From the NCBI GenBank assembly GCA_005884195.1, contig VBBP01000053.1:6548-70547 (forward strand): a stretch of 64,000 nt of DNA, read 5' to 3'. The notes below the pieces were generated by a model, which was not told where the DNA came from, did no database searches, and saw nothing but the letters and a program-made list of their open reading frames with translations. Both the position numbers and the translations under genes were made by a program. This document shows positions 18,154 through 27,102 of the stretch, piece after piece. This stretch comes from Candidatus Bathyarchaeota archaeon (lineage in GTDB: Archaea > Thermoproteota > Bathyarchaeia > 40CM-2-53-6). Numbering within the stretch: the stretch's first letter is position 1; every line of letters begins with the position of its first letter.

Positions 18154-18176
18154 AAGTAACTAACCCTGCTTTCTAG
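18154..18176 (+). repeat. 23-bp direct repeat, copy 2
   Basis: AAGTAACTAACCCTGCTTTCTAG. Confidence 0.85.
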
Positions 18177-18187
18177 TGGCTTTATTC

Positions 18188-18301
18188 TTACTTTTCGTAC
18201 ACGTAGCGGACGTTCACTTGTCCGGGGCTAACCTGCACCGGAGAGATTGAACTAACAACCTCAGCGCGTCCGTCTTTGTGGACGATTACGACTAATTCCA
18301 T
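18188..18301 (-). CDS. Microprotein (37 aa)
   Basis: MELVVIVHKDGRAEVVSSISPVQVSPGQVNVRYVYEK; beta-rich, protein-like composition. Confidence 0.4.
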   Translation of the reverse strand: MELVVIVHKDGRAEVVSSISPVQVSPGQVNVRYVYEK

Positions 18302-18741
18302 GATGCTTCGAGAGTTAGAAATCTCGCCTCCCGGAAATAAACAATGTATCGAGAACTCTCCAAAGGTGTCCGGACATAATCGGACCACTTTTACACTCTC
18401 TATTTCTCCACAATGAAGCCGTGATCGAGTGCTTATCTTCGACGCAGTAAAATAGGAATGAACTGAACCGCGCCAAGCAACAGAACTACAAGCCTTACCA
18501 TGATCTCAACATCCGCTACGAGAGCGGAAAGCAGGAGCCCACTACCTAGTAGGATGACAGCAAGCCTCACTGCAGGATCGTCAAGATATCCCAAATACTG
18601 ATTCCTTCTCACTATAGTTAACTATCCTTGCTGATGAAATAAATTGCTATGTACGCTATATAAGGGAGGTAGAGGTCTACGCTGCAGAAGCAAAGATACA
18701 GAGCGACAAAGGATAGAAAAACTCCTGATACTCCCGCAAGT

Positions 18742-19062
18742 TTGAGAAAAGGCTTCGAGATAATCAAAGAACGAATGCTTTTGGAGCTTCAACACCAAGC
18801 CGTCAAGCAAGCCGACAACCTTGGAAGGTACAGTCAGGAAATTCAGCGAATCAAACTTGGCAAACCCATCCAAGAGAGCCTGAGCAAAGTATTCGATCTC
18901 TTCACTCAAATGTCCAAGAATACAGGAGCAAGTGGGCTCTTGGCCGTGTCTGGACTATCATCACTCGACACTGGCGAGGAGATGCCCACTTGGCTAAAGG
19001 ACATGCAAGGCGCGATTGCCAAGCTAGACACTGCATTGAACGACGATCTGGCGGGCAAGTAG
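18742..19062 (+). CDS. Hypothetical helical protein
   Basis: 106-aa ORF with helical composition; no recognised motif. Confidence 0.5.
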   Translation: MRKGFEIIKERMLLELQHQAVKQADNLGRYSQEIQRIKLGKPIQESLSKVFDLFTQMSKNTGASGLLAVSGLSSLDTGEEMPTWLKDMQGAIAKLDTALNDDLAGK

Positions 19063-19274
19063 TTCACCTAGCCTCGCGTGGAGCCCACGCTCCGGTTACT
19101 CGACACCTGAAGCCTCCTCACTTACCGTTTAAGAGTCAGACTTGCTCCAACCCGTAGTCCAGATCAACCATGCAAAGCATGACTTACTCGACCTTTGTCT
19201 ACAAAAATACAGCCGTAGGCGAGGGACGATTCTATAATCCTTAAATCGGCTACACACAGAGTTCAACCGTAGCC

Positions 19275-20579
19275 TTGACCAGCACGGTCAGCCTCTCGGT
19301 TCTAGACCAGTTCGGCGGCAGCAAACTACTATCCCCCGAGACGATCCGATGGATAAGACCAGCGCCCCTGCCCACGAAGCCTGTCGACCTCGCCTTCCGC
19401 GAGGCCCTCGCCGCCCCGATAGGTGCGAAGCCGTTCGAGAGGGAAAAATGCTGGAGCCCCGCGATCATCTTCTCCGACTTCACACGGAAACACTCACCCT
19501 TCATCTCACAACTCATCAACATGATAGAGCCGAAAACCGATGATATCAAGATCATCTGCGCCGGTGGAACACACGTTCCATCCGAGACGGACTTCATCAA
19601 GAAAGTCGTCGGGGAGGACATCTACAATCGCTACCAGAAAAACATCAAAGTAAGCTCTGTGAAGAACCCGGCTAGCAAGTATGAGTGGATTGGAGTTACG
19701 AGTAGAGGCACGCCTGTAGAGCTGAACAAGGAGCTGTTCGACCGAGATCTTCTGATCTCAACCCTAAACGTTCAGCCACACTATTTTGCCGGTTACGAGG
19801 GAGGCGCCAAAGCGCTCCTCCCAGGCTGCTCTGGTCTCAAGACAATAACCACCAATCATGGATACGTAATCGGAGACCCGAACTGCAGAGAGCTCGCGAT
19901 CAAGGGCAACCCGACCAGGGAGGACATGAACGAGGTGCCCAATGTTCTGCGGGAGTTCATGAAGATAGAGCATCGGATTCTAGACTTTGTCCTCAATCAG
20001 GACGGGACGCTTGTCAAAGCGGCTTATGGAGACCCCAATCTTGCACACCAGCAACTTGCCGAGAACTATTCCCGAAGAGCCCATGCTGTTGCCTCGCGCC
20101 CATCTGCACTGGTAGTTACGGTTGCAGACGGACCCACCGGAACGAACCTGTACCAGGCCCTCAAAGCTGCAACCTTCGGTGCGGGACTCGTGATCCCCTT
20201 GCACCTGCCCAAGTCCACGGTGTTGTTGCTGGCTTCGCTTGAAACAGGGATAGGAGGAGACGCGTTCAAGGCCGAGATGGAAAGCTATGGCAAGATGGAA
20301 CCCGACAAGGTTGTCGAGGACTTGAAGAAGAGAGCCAAGCTTGGAAAGGTTACCGAGGCCTCACAAAAGCCTAACCGCTTTTCATTAGACGACAAGAAGA
20401 CAGATTTCATTGTAGTCTCGCCCAAAGCGCCTGTAGCTGTTGAAGAATTCTTGGGAAAGACAAGGATCAAGTTCTTCAGGTCAATAGACGACGCGCTGAG
20501 AACCCTCGACCCGAAGCTTTACGAAAAAGATGTTGCAGTGATTCCCTACGGTTCATCCACCGTTCCAATAGCTGCATAG
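19275..20579 (+). CDS. LarA-superfamily nickel-pincer racemase/epimerase
   Basis: DFTR, GGTH, PHYFAGYEGGAK, NH, NLYQALK. Confidence 0.85.
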   Translation: MTSTVSLSVLDQFGGSKLLSPETIRWIRPAPLPTKPVDLAFREALAAPIGAKPFEREKCWSPAIIFSDFTRKHSPFISQLINMIEPKTDDIKIICAGGTHVPSETDFIKKVVGEDIYNRYQKNIKVSSVKNPASKYEWIGVTSRGTPVELNKELFDRDLLISTLNVQPHYFAGYEGGAKALLPGCSGLKTITTNHGYVIGDPNCRELAIKGNPTREDMNEVPNVLREFMKIEHRILDFVLNQDGTLVKAAYGDPNLAHQQLAENYSRRAHAVASRPSALVVTVADGPTGTNLYQALKAATFGAGLVIPLHLPKSTVLLLASLETGIGGDAFKAEMESYGKMEPDKVVEDLKKRAKLGKVTEASQKPNRFSLDDKKTDFIVVSPKAPVAVEEFLGKTRIKFFRSIDDALRTLDPKLYEKDVAVIPYGSSTVPIAA

Positions 20580-20646
20580 AAACGGTTCCATACCCCTGCA
20601 GTAGTCTAACTATGTTTAACCACAACTCGACTGATTCGATCCCTCC

Positions 20647-21081
20647 ATGATCTATACTCAACTCGGAACAGACAAGTATGTCATTAGGCTCGAATCCGGG
20701 GACGACATCCTTCAGTCCCTGCGACAATTCGCAACAGCCAAGAGACTGAGCGCTGGCCTTCTCGAAGGCATCGGCTCTTTGAGTAAGGTCAAGCTAGGTC
20801 ATTATGACTTCAAGACGAGAAAGTACAGTTACCAAACAGTCGAGGATGATCTCGAAATCCTAAACCTCTCCGGTAACATCGCCAGGATGAACCGCCAGCC
20901 CATCCCCCACCTACACGTAACCCTTGGTCGCAGAGATTTTTCCGTCATCGGAGGTCACTTGGACGAAGGATCATCAGCCAACATGGTAGAGATCGGAATA
21001 TTGAAACTACCGGGAAAGTTGGTCAAAGCGAAGGATGAAGAGATAGGGTTGAATGTGCTACAGTTAGCACGAAGAATATAG
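20647..21081 (+). CDS. PPC (DUF296) domain protein
   Basis: GIGSL, EILNLSGNI, HLHV, GGHL. Confidence 0.9.
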   Translation: MIYTQLGTDKYVIRLESGDDILQSLRQFATAKRLSAGLLEGIGSLSKVKLGHYDFKTRKYSYQTVEDDLEILNLSGNIARMNRQPIPHLHVTLGRRDFSVIGGHLDEGSSANMVEIGILKLPGKLVKAKDEEIGLNVLQLARRI

Positions 21082-21203
21082 CCTGACGAATCGTTCACTT
21101 TTCCCTTTCCGGATCCGAACAGTTTCCCTCATAATCGTACCGGGAGGACCACTCAGCCTATTACACGCTCAACATAGGCCCCGAACAACGACAGGGTGCC
21201 TCT

Positions 21204-22349
21204 TTGCCGCGTAAGGTCGGGCTGCGAATGGTTCTGTACCTCTACGTGGCCGTTTTTCTCACAAGGATAGGATTCGGATCAATTACCATCCTCTTCCCAC
21301 TCTATCTCCAGGCTCCGAGCTACATAATTGGCGTCATACTGGCACTCTACCCGATGTCTGAGGCAGGCTCAGCTTTGCCAATCGGCCGTCTCGCAGACCG
21401 GTTCAGCCGCAAGAGACTCCACATCATCGGAATGATAATGATCACGATTCTCACAGCAGCGATCGGTTTTACCAGAAACCTGCTAAACGTCTCCATCCTC
21501 CACGCACTGATGGGAATCTCCGCAGCAACAGCGGCAGTAACGTCGCTGACGCTCTTAGGAGATGCGACGAAGCTTACCAATCGTGGGAAGAGCATGGGAG
21601 GATTCGACCTCGCAAACCTGGGAGGATACGGGCTAGGTTTCGGAGTCGGCGGACTCCTAGTCAACGTTTTCGCGGATAGGTTGTCTTATGCGTTCTGGGT
21701 GACTGCAGGGGTCTTCCTCTTCGCTGGAATAATGGCGGCGAAGTTTCTCGTGGAGCCGGTGAGAGTCTGGGAGCTCAAGCAGCCCAAGATACGACAGAGA
21801 AGAATAGGCAGCAAGATTCGTCCGATAATCCCGGTCTGGATCGCTCAAACCATAATCTTGGGAATGTACTTTCTTCTGCCAAAGGCTTTCAGAGACTCCA
21901 ACCTGGCTCTTACCCGAGAGATTCTGATCTTCCTGGGAGTTCTCGGGGGCCTCTTTGCCCTCGGTGCCATTGTGTTCGGCCACATATCTGACAAGGTTGG
22001 GCGGACAAGGATAATGATCGTAGGTGCATTTGGAGAGCTTGGCTTCTTGATTGTTTTCGGGTGGTCGTTCCCCGGTTTCGTTAGGTACGAGCTATTCCTC
22101 TGGCCGATGTTCTTCTTGGCATCCGCGGTCGCCCCAGCAATTCTCGCCTACGTCGGCGACATTTCTGGCAAAGCCAAGAGGGGCTCGGCGAACGCTCTGT
22201 ACAGCATTATTCTGAGCATCGGTCTTGCAATCGGGAACATCATCGGCGGTTTTGTTGCTGACCTGGGAATACAATGGATCTTCTACGCGGGAGCAGGAAT
22301 ACTATTTCCTTCAATACTGGTGACGTCAACGCTCCTTCGGCGACGCTAG
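21204..22349 (+). CDS. MFS transporter
   Basis: GRLADRFSRK and GHISDKVGRTR motif A; about 12 TM. Confidence 0.92.
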   Translation: MPRKVGLRMVLYLYVAVFLTRIGFGSITILFPLYLQAPSYIIGVILALYPMSEAGSALPIGRLADRFSRKRLHIIGMIMITILTAAIGFTRNLLNVSILHALMGISAATAAVTSLTLLGDATKLTNRGKSMGGFDLANLGGYGLGFGVGGLLVNVFADRLSYAFWVTAGVFLFAGIMAAKFLVEPVRVWELKQPKIRQRRIGSKIRPIIPVWIAQTIILGMYFLLPKAFRDSNLALTREILIFLGVLGGLFALGAIVFGHISDKVGRTRIMIVGAFGELGFLIVFGWSFPGFVRYELFLWPMFFLASAVAPAILAYVGDISGKAKRGSANALYSIILSIGLAIGNIIGGFVADLGIQWIFYAGAGILFPSILVTSTLLRRR

Positions 22350-22405
22350 TAGGCAACCGTAAGAATCTTCTAGAAGGTAGCTAAGGCGCTACACTGGCCA
22401 AAGAA

Positions 22406-23236
22406 ATGCCTCTAGAATATGCCTGCATAGTCCCGCATGGGGGCGACATCATACCGCAGCTGGCGGTTCGGAGAACTGAGCACCTATTCGAGAAGACGAG
22501 AGAGTCCGTACGCAGGATTGCGAGAGACATTCGAGAAGTGCGGCCCTACACGATCATCATCGCAACTCCGCATAACCTGAGGCTTCAAAACAACATCGCG
22601 ATCGTGACGGCTGAGAACTCTACCGGCCAGCTCAAGGGCTCTGGGGGAAGAAAGGTCAGCCTGAGTCTGAGATGCGATCGAGAGTTCGCTCAAGACCTCC
22701 TCGAAGAGTCAACGCGAAAGAGCATGCCGGTTGTCGGCGCCAATTACGGGACTTCTGAGGGGCCGGCGTCAGATATGCCTATGGACTGGGGAACTCTTGT
22801 TCCAATGTGGTTTGTTGCGAAGGAGGAACGGGTCAAGGTGAGAACAGTCATAGTCACGCCGTCTAGAGAGATTCCGCTCCGCCAAAATATCGCGTTTGGG
22901 ATGGCGATTGCGGAGATTGCTGAGAAGAGTAAGAAGCGCATTGTGTTCATTGCAAGTGCCGATCAGGCTCACGCGCACAGGAAGTCGGGCCCTTATGGGT
23001 ATCATCGCAGCGCTGTGAAGTATGACGAGTTCGTCTCACTGGCAATTCAGGGGAATCGCATCGAATCCATTTTTCGGCTAAGCAAACGATTTGTTGAGGA
23101 GGCGAAGCCGGACAGCCTCTGGCAGATGGCTATGCTAGCCGGCATAACAAAAGTCGTTGGGATGCGAGGCAATCTGCTATCGTATGCTGTCCCCACCTAT
23201 TATGGGATGATCTGTGCAAGTTTCGTTCGAGCTTGA
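22406..23236 (+). CDS. Class III extradiol dioxygenase LigB-like protein
   Basis: PHG, TPH, DWGT, ASADQAH, PTYYGM. Confidence 0.8.
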   Translation: MPLEYACIVPHGGDIIPQLAVRRTEHLFEKTRESVRRIARDIREVRPYTIIIATPHNLRLQNNIAIVTAENSTGQLKGSGGRKVSLSLRCDREFAQDLLEESTRKSMPVVGANYGTSEGPASDMPMDWGTLVPMWFVAKEERVKVRTVIVTPSREIPLRQNIAFGMAIAEIAEKSKKRIVFIASADQAHAHRKSGPYGYHRSAVKYDEFVSLAIQGNRIESIFRLSKRFVEEAKPDSLWQMAMLAGITKVVGMRGNLLSYAVPTYYGMICASFVRA

Positions 23237-23259
23237 ACTTCGATCTCGGCGTTATGCTC

Positions 23260-23775
23260 CTACTCTTTGGTCATTCGGTTCATGATTTTTCTAACGTCAC
23301 TTTTCTTCTGAGGTGACGCGGTTACCACGACAAGCCCCTCTGAAGGCTGTCCATAGATAACAAGAGCATTGTCAGGCGATTCGAGAACGGCCGGTATCGC
23401 CAGCAAGTCCTCTTCCCCATCCACGAAGATCACTGCTTCTCGGTCTTTCAGGGCCTCTCTGATCGTGTCCCACGCCTCACTTGTTATGACTCCCGCCGGG
23501 TTTTTCACTCTGTAGGTCCGCTCTGCTTTGATCTCGACTGGGCTGATCCTTTTCCTAAGGGTCATCTGGTCGACTATTCTCAGGCCGACTTGGATTCCGG
23601 CTGCAAGGGTTTCTCGGGAAACCACATCTCCAACGGTCGTTACCTTGGAGGGCTTGCTCTGCTGAACAATCACTTTCAGCTTTGGCATTGTTTCTGTTGG
23701 TGTGCCTGGGAATAGTTGTCCGAGAGGCGTCTTTAGTCGGACGAGGTCGGATGGAGCCGGTCGGAAGCTCGTCAA
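23260..23775 (-). CDS. GTP-dependent dephospho-CoA kinase (DUF359)
   Basis: LKTPLG, VGDVV, NPAGVIT, VDGEEDLL, YGQPSEG. Confidence 0.9.
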   Translation of the reverse strand: MTSFRPAPSDLVRLKTPLGQLFPGTPTETMPKLKVIVQQSKPSKVTTVGDVVSRETLAAGIQVGLRIVDQMTLRKRISPVEIKAERTYRVKNPAGVITSEAWDTIREALKDREAVIFVDGEEDLLAIPAVLESPDNALVIYGQPSEGLVVVTASPQKKSDVRKIMNRMTKE

Positions 23776-24863
23776 CGCACCGCTCGTCGAGTTCGACGAT
23801 TCAGACTCGTCGTAGCTGATTGGTGGTTCACTTGGAGTTTTTGGGAGGGGACCTGGAGCACCAATACAGGGTGGTTGACTCGTTTGAACGAGTCAATCAA
23901 GCGTACTGCATATGCCCATTCATTATCATACCAAGCTAGGACGCGGATCATTGAACCGTTTGTTCCAGTTGACAGCCCATCTATTATCGCGGAGTGCGGG
24001 TCCTTCTTGTAATCAATCGAGACTAACGGCTCGTTCGAAACTGCGAGAATCCCTTTCATACTCTCAGCCGAGGCGTTGTCGTACGCGTTGTTAACGTCGT
24101 TCCTGTTCACCTCTTTAGTGCATTCGACGACGAGGTCGAGTAGCGAGACGGTTGATGTAGGCGCTCTTATTGCCGAGCAGGTAATCTTGCCCTTGAGACG
24201 AGGTAGAACCTTGCCGATCGTTTGGCTGGCGCCCGTTCGAGTTGGAATGAGGGATTGGCCTGCTGCTCGGGCCCGTCGAAGATCTTCATGAGATCCATCG
24301 AGTAGTCTCTGATCGCTAGTGTAGGAGTGGACGGTCGTAGCAAATCCACGTGTGACTCCAAAATTATCGTCGAGCACCTTTAGGCTAAGGGCGAGACAGT
24401 TTGTGGTGCATGAGCCCATGGAGATAATCTTGTGATGATTCGGATCATACGAGTCCAGGTTACAGCCTGGTATGAGGGTGGTGTCTGCTTCCTCGGAGGG
24501 AGCACTGACTAGAACTGTCTGGGCCCCGTTAGAGAGGTAGGTCTCGAGTTCCTCGCGTTGGAGCCGTTGTCCAGTGCTTTCAAGCACCGCATCAACTTCG
24601 AACTTTCCCCAGTCGATCTTTGATCGGTTCGTCTCGCTGAGACACTGTACTTTTTTCCCTGCGCACCTGATTCCTTCCGAGTCCCAACCAACATCTAATG
24701 GGAGAGTTCCGTAGGTCGAGTCGTACTTCAAGAGATGGGCGAGTGTTCGTGGCGGAGAGGTTGAGTTTATCACGGACACTTCTATGTCCGAGCTGTTCTC
24801 CTCTAGTAATGCCCGATAGAAGGATCTTCCGATTCGGCCGAAACCGTTGACGGCTACTCGCAA
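23772..24863 (-). CDS. gap: Type I (bacterial-type) glyceraldehyde-3-phosphate dehydrogenase
   Basis: NGFGRIGR, SCTTNCL, HSYTSDQ, DLRRARAA, WYDNEW. Confidence 0.9.
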   Translation of the reverse strand: MRVAVNGFGRIGRSFYRALLEENSSDIEVSVINSTSPPRTLAHLLKYDSTYGTLPLDVGWDSEGIRCAGKKVQCLSETNRSKIDWGKFEVDAVLESTGQRLQREELETYLSNGAQTVLVSAPSEEADTTLIPGCNLDSYDPNHHKIISMGSCTTNCLALSLKVLDDNFGVTRGFATTVHSYTSDQRLLDGSHEDLRRARAAGQSLIPTRTGASQTIGKVLPRLKGKITCSAIRAPTSTVSLLDLVVECTKEVNRNDVNNAYDNASAESMKGILAVSNEPLVSIDYKKDPHSAIIDGLSTGTNGSMIRVLAWYDNEWAYAVRLIDSFKRVNHPVLVLQVPSQKLQVNHQSATTSLNRRTRRAVR

Positions 24864-24949
24864 GTTAGCAGTGTCTCCAATTCCTAGAGATGTGGTTGAT
24901 GTTCATACCAGGGTTTGTTTGTAAGAGATGGAGCACAGTTCAATGGTTC

Positions 24950-26458
24950 CTATGGTTGTGGGACGAGGATTTGGTCTAGAGCATGTCCATCACAGTCAAC
25001 TGGAGGTGTGATCTGCAGTAACTTGAGGAGGGTCGGAGCTAGATCTAGTAGTCCCGCATCTAACTCTGGTCCTTGCGTTATGTTCGGACCGGCGATTCCC
25101 CAGAAGCCCTCGCGCGTGTGTATTGATGAGAAGTGTGGTGAAGAGCTCCAGAGTTCTGCGGTCCCAAGCCGTGGATTGACTTGGATCTTTTCGGTTTTGG
25201 TAAAGAGTTCGACGCAGAGGTCAGGGGCTTCGTACTGAAATGGTCCGCTGAATGTGTCATTTTTGAAGTGAAATATCGGCTTGAGTTTCTCCCCTGTTTT
25301 GGGGTCGGTCAGCTCATTCATCATGTTGCAGAGCTTCTCGACTAGGTCCGGAACGGTTTGAGCGGGTTGATCGTCTTTGAGTTTGTCGACGAGGTCGTAA
25401 TTGACGTATATGTGCGCTTGGTGGCCCCCAGTCGAGAAGGCTAGTGTCTTGTCCCAGTCGACATTATCGATCAGCCCTTGGAGGGTTCGTTCGATGGCAG
25501 CGGACGCTGTGAGTTTGTGGCTGACGAAATCTGGTGTAATCTTGTAGATACTCGCTACCGCGCCTGGAGGCATGTTCTTCAGAACCCATCGTCTTAGCTT
25601 TGTGTACCTATCCCCTTTGTTTTTCACTGGACCCTTGACCGTGAGGAGGCCGTTGGATTCCAAGTACTTGTTGACAAATAATGCCGAAGAGACAGGTGCT
25701 GATCCGTGATCGGAGAGGAGTAGCACATTGGTGCTCTCCCCGACTTGGCTTCGGAGTTCTCCTATGGCGTCATCCATGTTAGTGTACCAGTCTCGCAACA
25801 CATTGGAGTATGGAGAGTCTGGGTTGTCCATGTACTTCCAAAAGTCGTGATGAACTAGGTCTATTCCTTGGAGCGTCATTACAAAGAGGTCAGGGTTGTA
25901 CCATTCGATCAGTAGCTTTGCAGTTTGTAAGCTCTTGTCGTGTAACCGTCGAACGACCGGAAGGTATGCCTTCTCGCCTCCCTTCATCTCCGTAGGTTTC
26001 GTCAGGGGAACGTCAATCTCGTAACCCCCTACTGCGGAGTTGATTCTGTCCATCAGTTCCGGGGGACTTGACCAAACTTTGCGTGTCGGGACCGGGAATC
26101 CTGAGACCATGAATCCATTTACGGGGTAAGGTGGGTACGTCCCCGGGACGTTGAATACACCTACCTTCATGCCTCTTTCCGAGCAGATGTCCCAGAAGCA
26201 TCCTATGTCGGGGGTGGTCCTACCGAACTTTAGGTGCCTGTCTCTTCCTATGTATGTGAATCCGAATATGCCGATTCTTGCTGGGTTCTTTCCTGTCGCG
26301 AAGCATTGCCAGGCGGGAACGCTTTCCGGCGGAACGATCGACTTGAGAATTCCATGGGTTCCAGTTTCAAAGATTGAACGAATGTTGGGAAGCCTGTCTA
26401 TCCATTTCTCGATCAGATACGGGGAGGCTGAGTCGATGCCTATGACTAGGGCCTTCAT
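24950..26458 (-). CDS. Alkaline-phosphatase-superfamily nucleotide pyrophosphatase/phosphodiesterase
   Basis: IGIDSA, PPESVPAW..FATG, DLVHH, SDHG, APDL, IH..EG, LDLAPT; no signal peptide. Confidence 0.88.
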   Translation of the reverse strand: MKALVIGIDSASPYLIEKWIDRLPNIRSIFETGTHGILKSIVPPESVPAWQCFATGKNPARIGIFGFTYIGRDRHLKFGRTTPDIGCFWDICSERGMKVGVFNVPGTYPPYPVNGFMVSGFPVPTRKVWSSPPELMDRINSAVGGYEIDVPLTKPTEMKGGEKAYLPVVRRLHDKSLQTAKLLIEWYNPDLFVMTLQGIDLVHHDFWKYMDNPDSPYSNVLRDWYTNMDDAIGELRSQVGESTNVLLLSDHGSAPVSSALFVNKYLESNGLLTVKGPVKNKGDRYTKLRRWVLKNMPPGAVASIYKITPDFVSHKLTASAAIERTLQGLIDNVDWDKTLAFSTGGHQAHIYVNYDLVDKLKDDQPAQTVPDLVEKLCNMMNELTDPKTGEKLKPIFHFKNDTFSGPFQYEAPDLCVELFTKTEKIQVNPRLGTAELWSSSPHFSSIHTREGFWGIAGPNITQGPELDAGLLDLAPTLLKLLQITPPVDCDGHALDQILVPQP

Positions 26459-27102
26459 TAGTTGACCACCTGTTGGAATAACATCTCTTCCGTGGGGGGT
26501 TTGTCCTCAAAGACTGCTTTGATTTGTACGAGCATGTGGTTCCAGACGATCGAGGCGGGGTCGCTTGTGTTGACCTTGCTGAGGTCGAACTCTTCGGCGA
26601 TTTGCCTATAGAGAAATTGTTCTTTGCGAATGAACTCGGCAGTGTGCTCGGGTCTGTCCATCAGAATTCTTTGCTCTGGTGCATCAAAGACAAATGAGAT
26701 GTCAGGGTGCGGAAGGAGTCTCGTCAGCAACGCTTCCGACGGAACCGTCATGCCGTTGTCTCTGAATCCTACCATGAGATCATACAGATACCTGTCCGAT
26801 ACGACGCTGTATCCGAGCAAATGGCGTAGCCGTATCCCACCGACTAGGATTGGGCAGTAGATGAAGAGCAGGTAGAGAGACCAGGCAACTCTGGTTGGTG
26901 TCAGCCGCTCCAATTCGTTCGGCTCGACATGAAGTATTCTCGCAACTCGTCTGACGACGAATCCGAACGGGTCAAGGAGGTCCTGGTGCCTCAGATAAGA
27001 GAACTTGTATCCTGATCTATTGAGAAGATAGTAGCATTTTCCCGCGTTAGTGGATTTTCCAGAGCCGTGGGTTCCGCTAAGTGTTAGCAGGATCTTCCTC
27101 AT
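26458..27102 (-). CDS. Thymidylate-kinase-fold P-loop kinase
   Basis: SGTHGSGKST, DRYLYD, PHPD; hydrophobic insertion. Confidence 0.8.
   Translation of the reverse strand: MRKILLTLSGTHGSGKSTNAGKCYYLLNRSGYKFSYLRHQDLLDPFGFVVRRVARILHVEPNELERLTPTRVAWSLYLLFIYCPILVGGIRLRHLLGYSVVSDRYLYDLMVGFRDNGMTVPSEALLTRLLPHPDISFVFDAPEQRILMDRPEHTAEFIRKEQFLYRQIAEEFDLSKVNTSDPASIVWNHMLVQIKAVFEDKPPTEEMLFQQVVN

Larger units (their letters stand above)
14900..19200. mobile_element. Putative decaying integrated element carrying a tyrosine recombinase (boundaries approximate)
   Basis: Integrase, orphan and broken ORFs, low coding density and several repeats between two intact metabolic genes. No tRNA or long terminal att duplication found. 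Confidence 0.55.

Noticed and set aside
15766-18176. Canonical integron (IntI plus attC array)
   Set aside because: No IntI-specific insertion evident, the repeats do not fit RYYYAAC...GTTRRRY, and there are only two copies.
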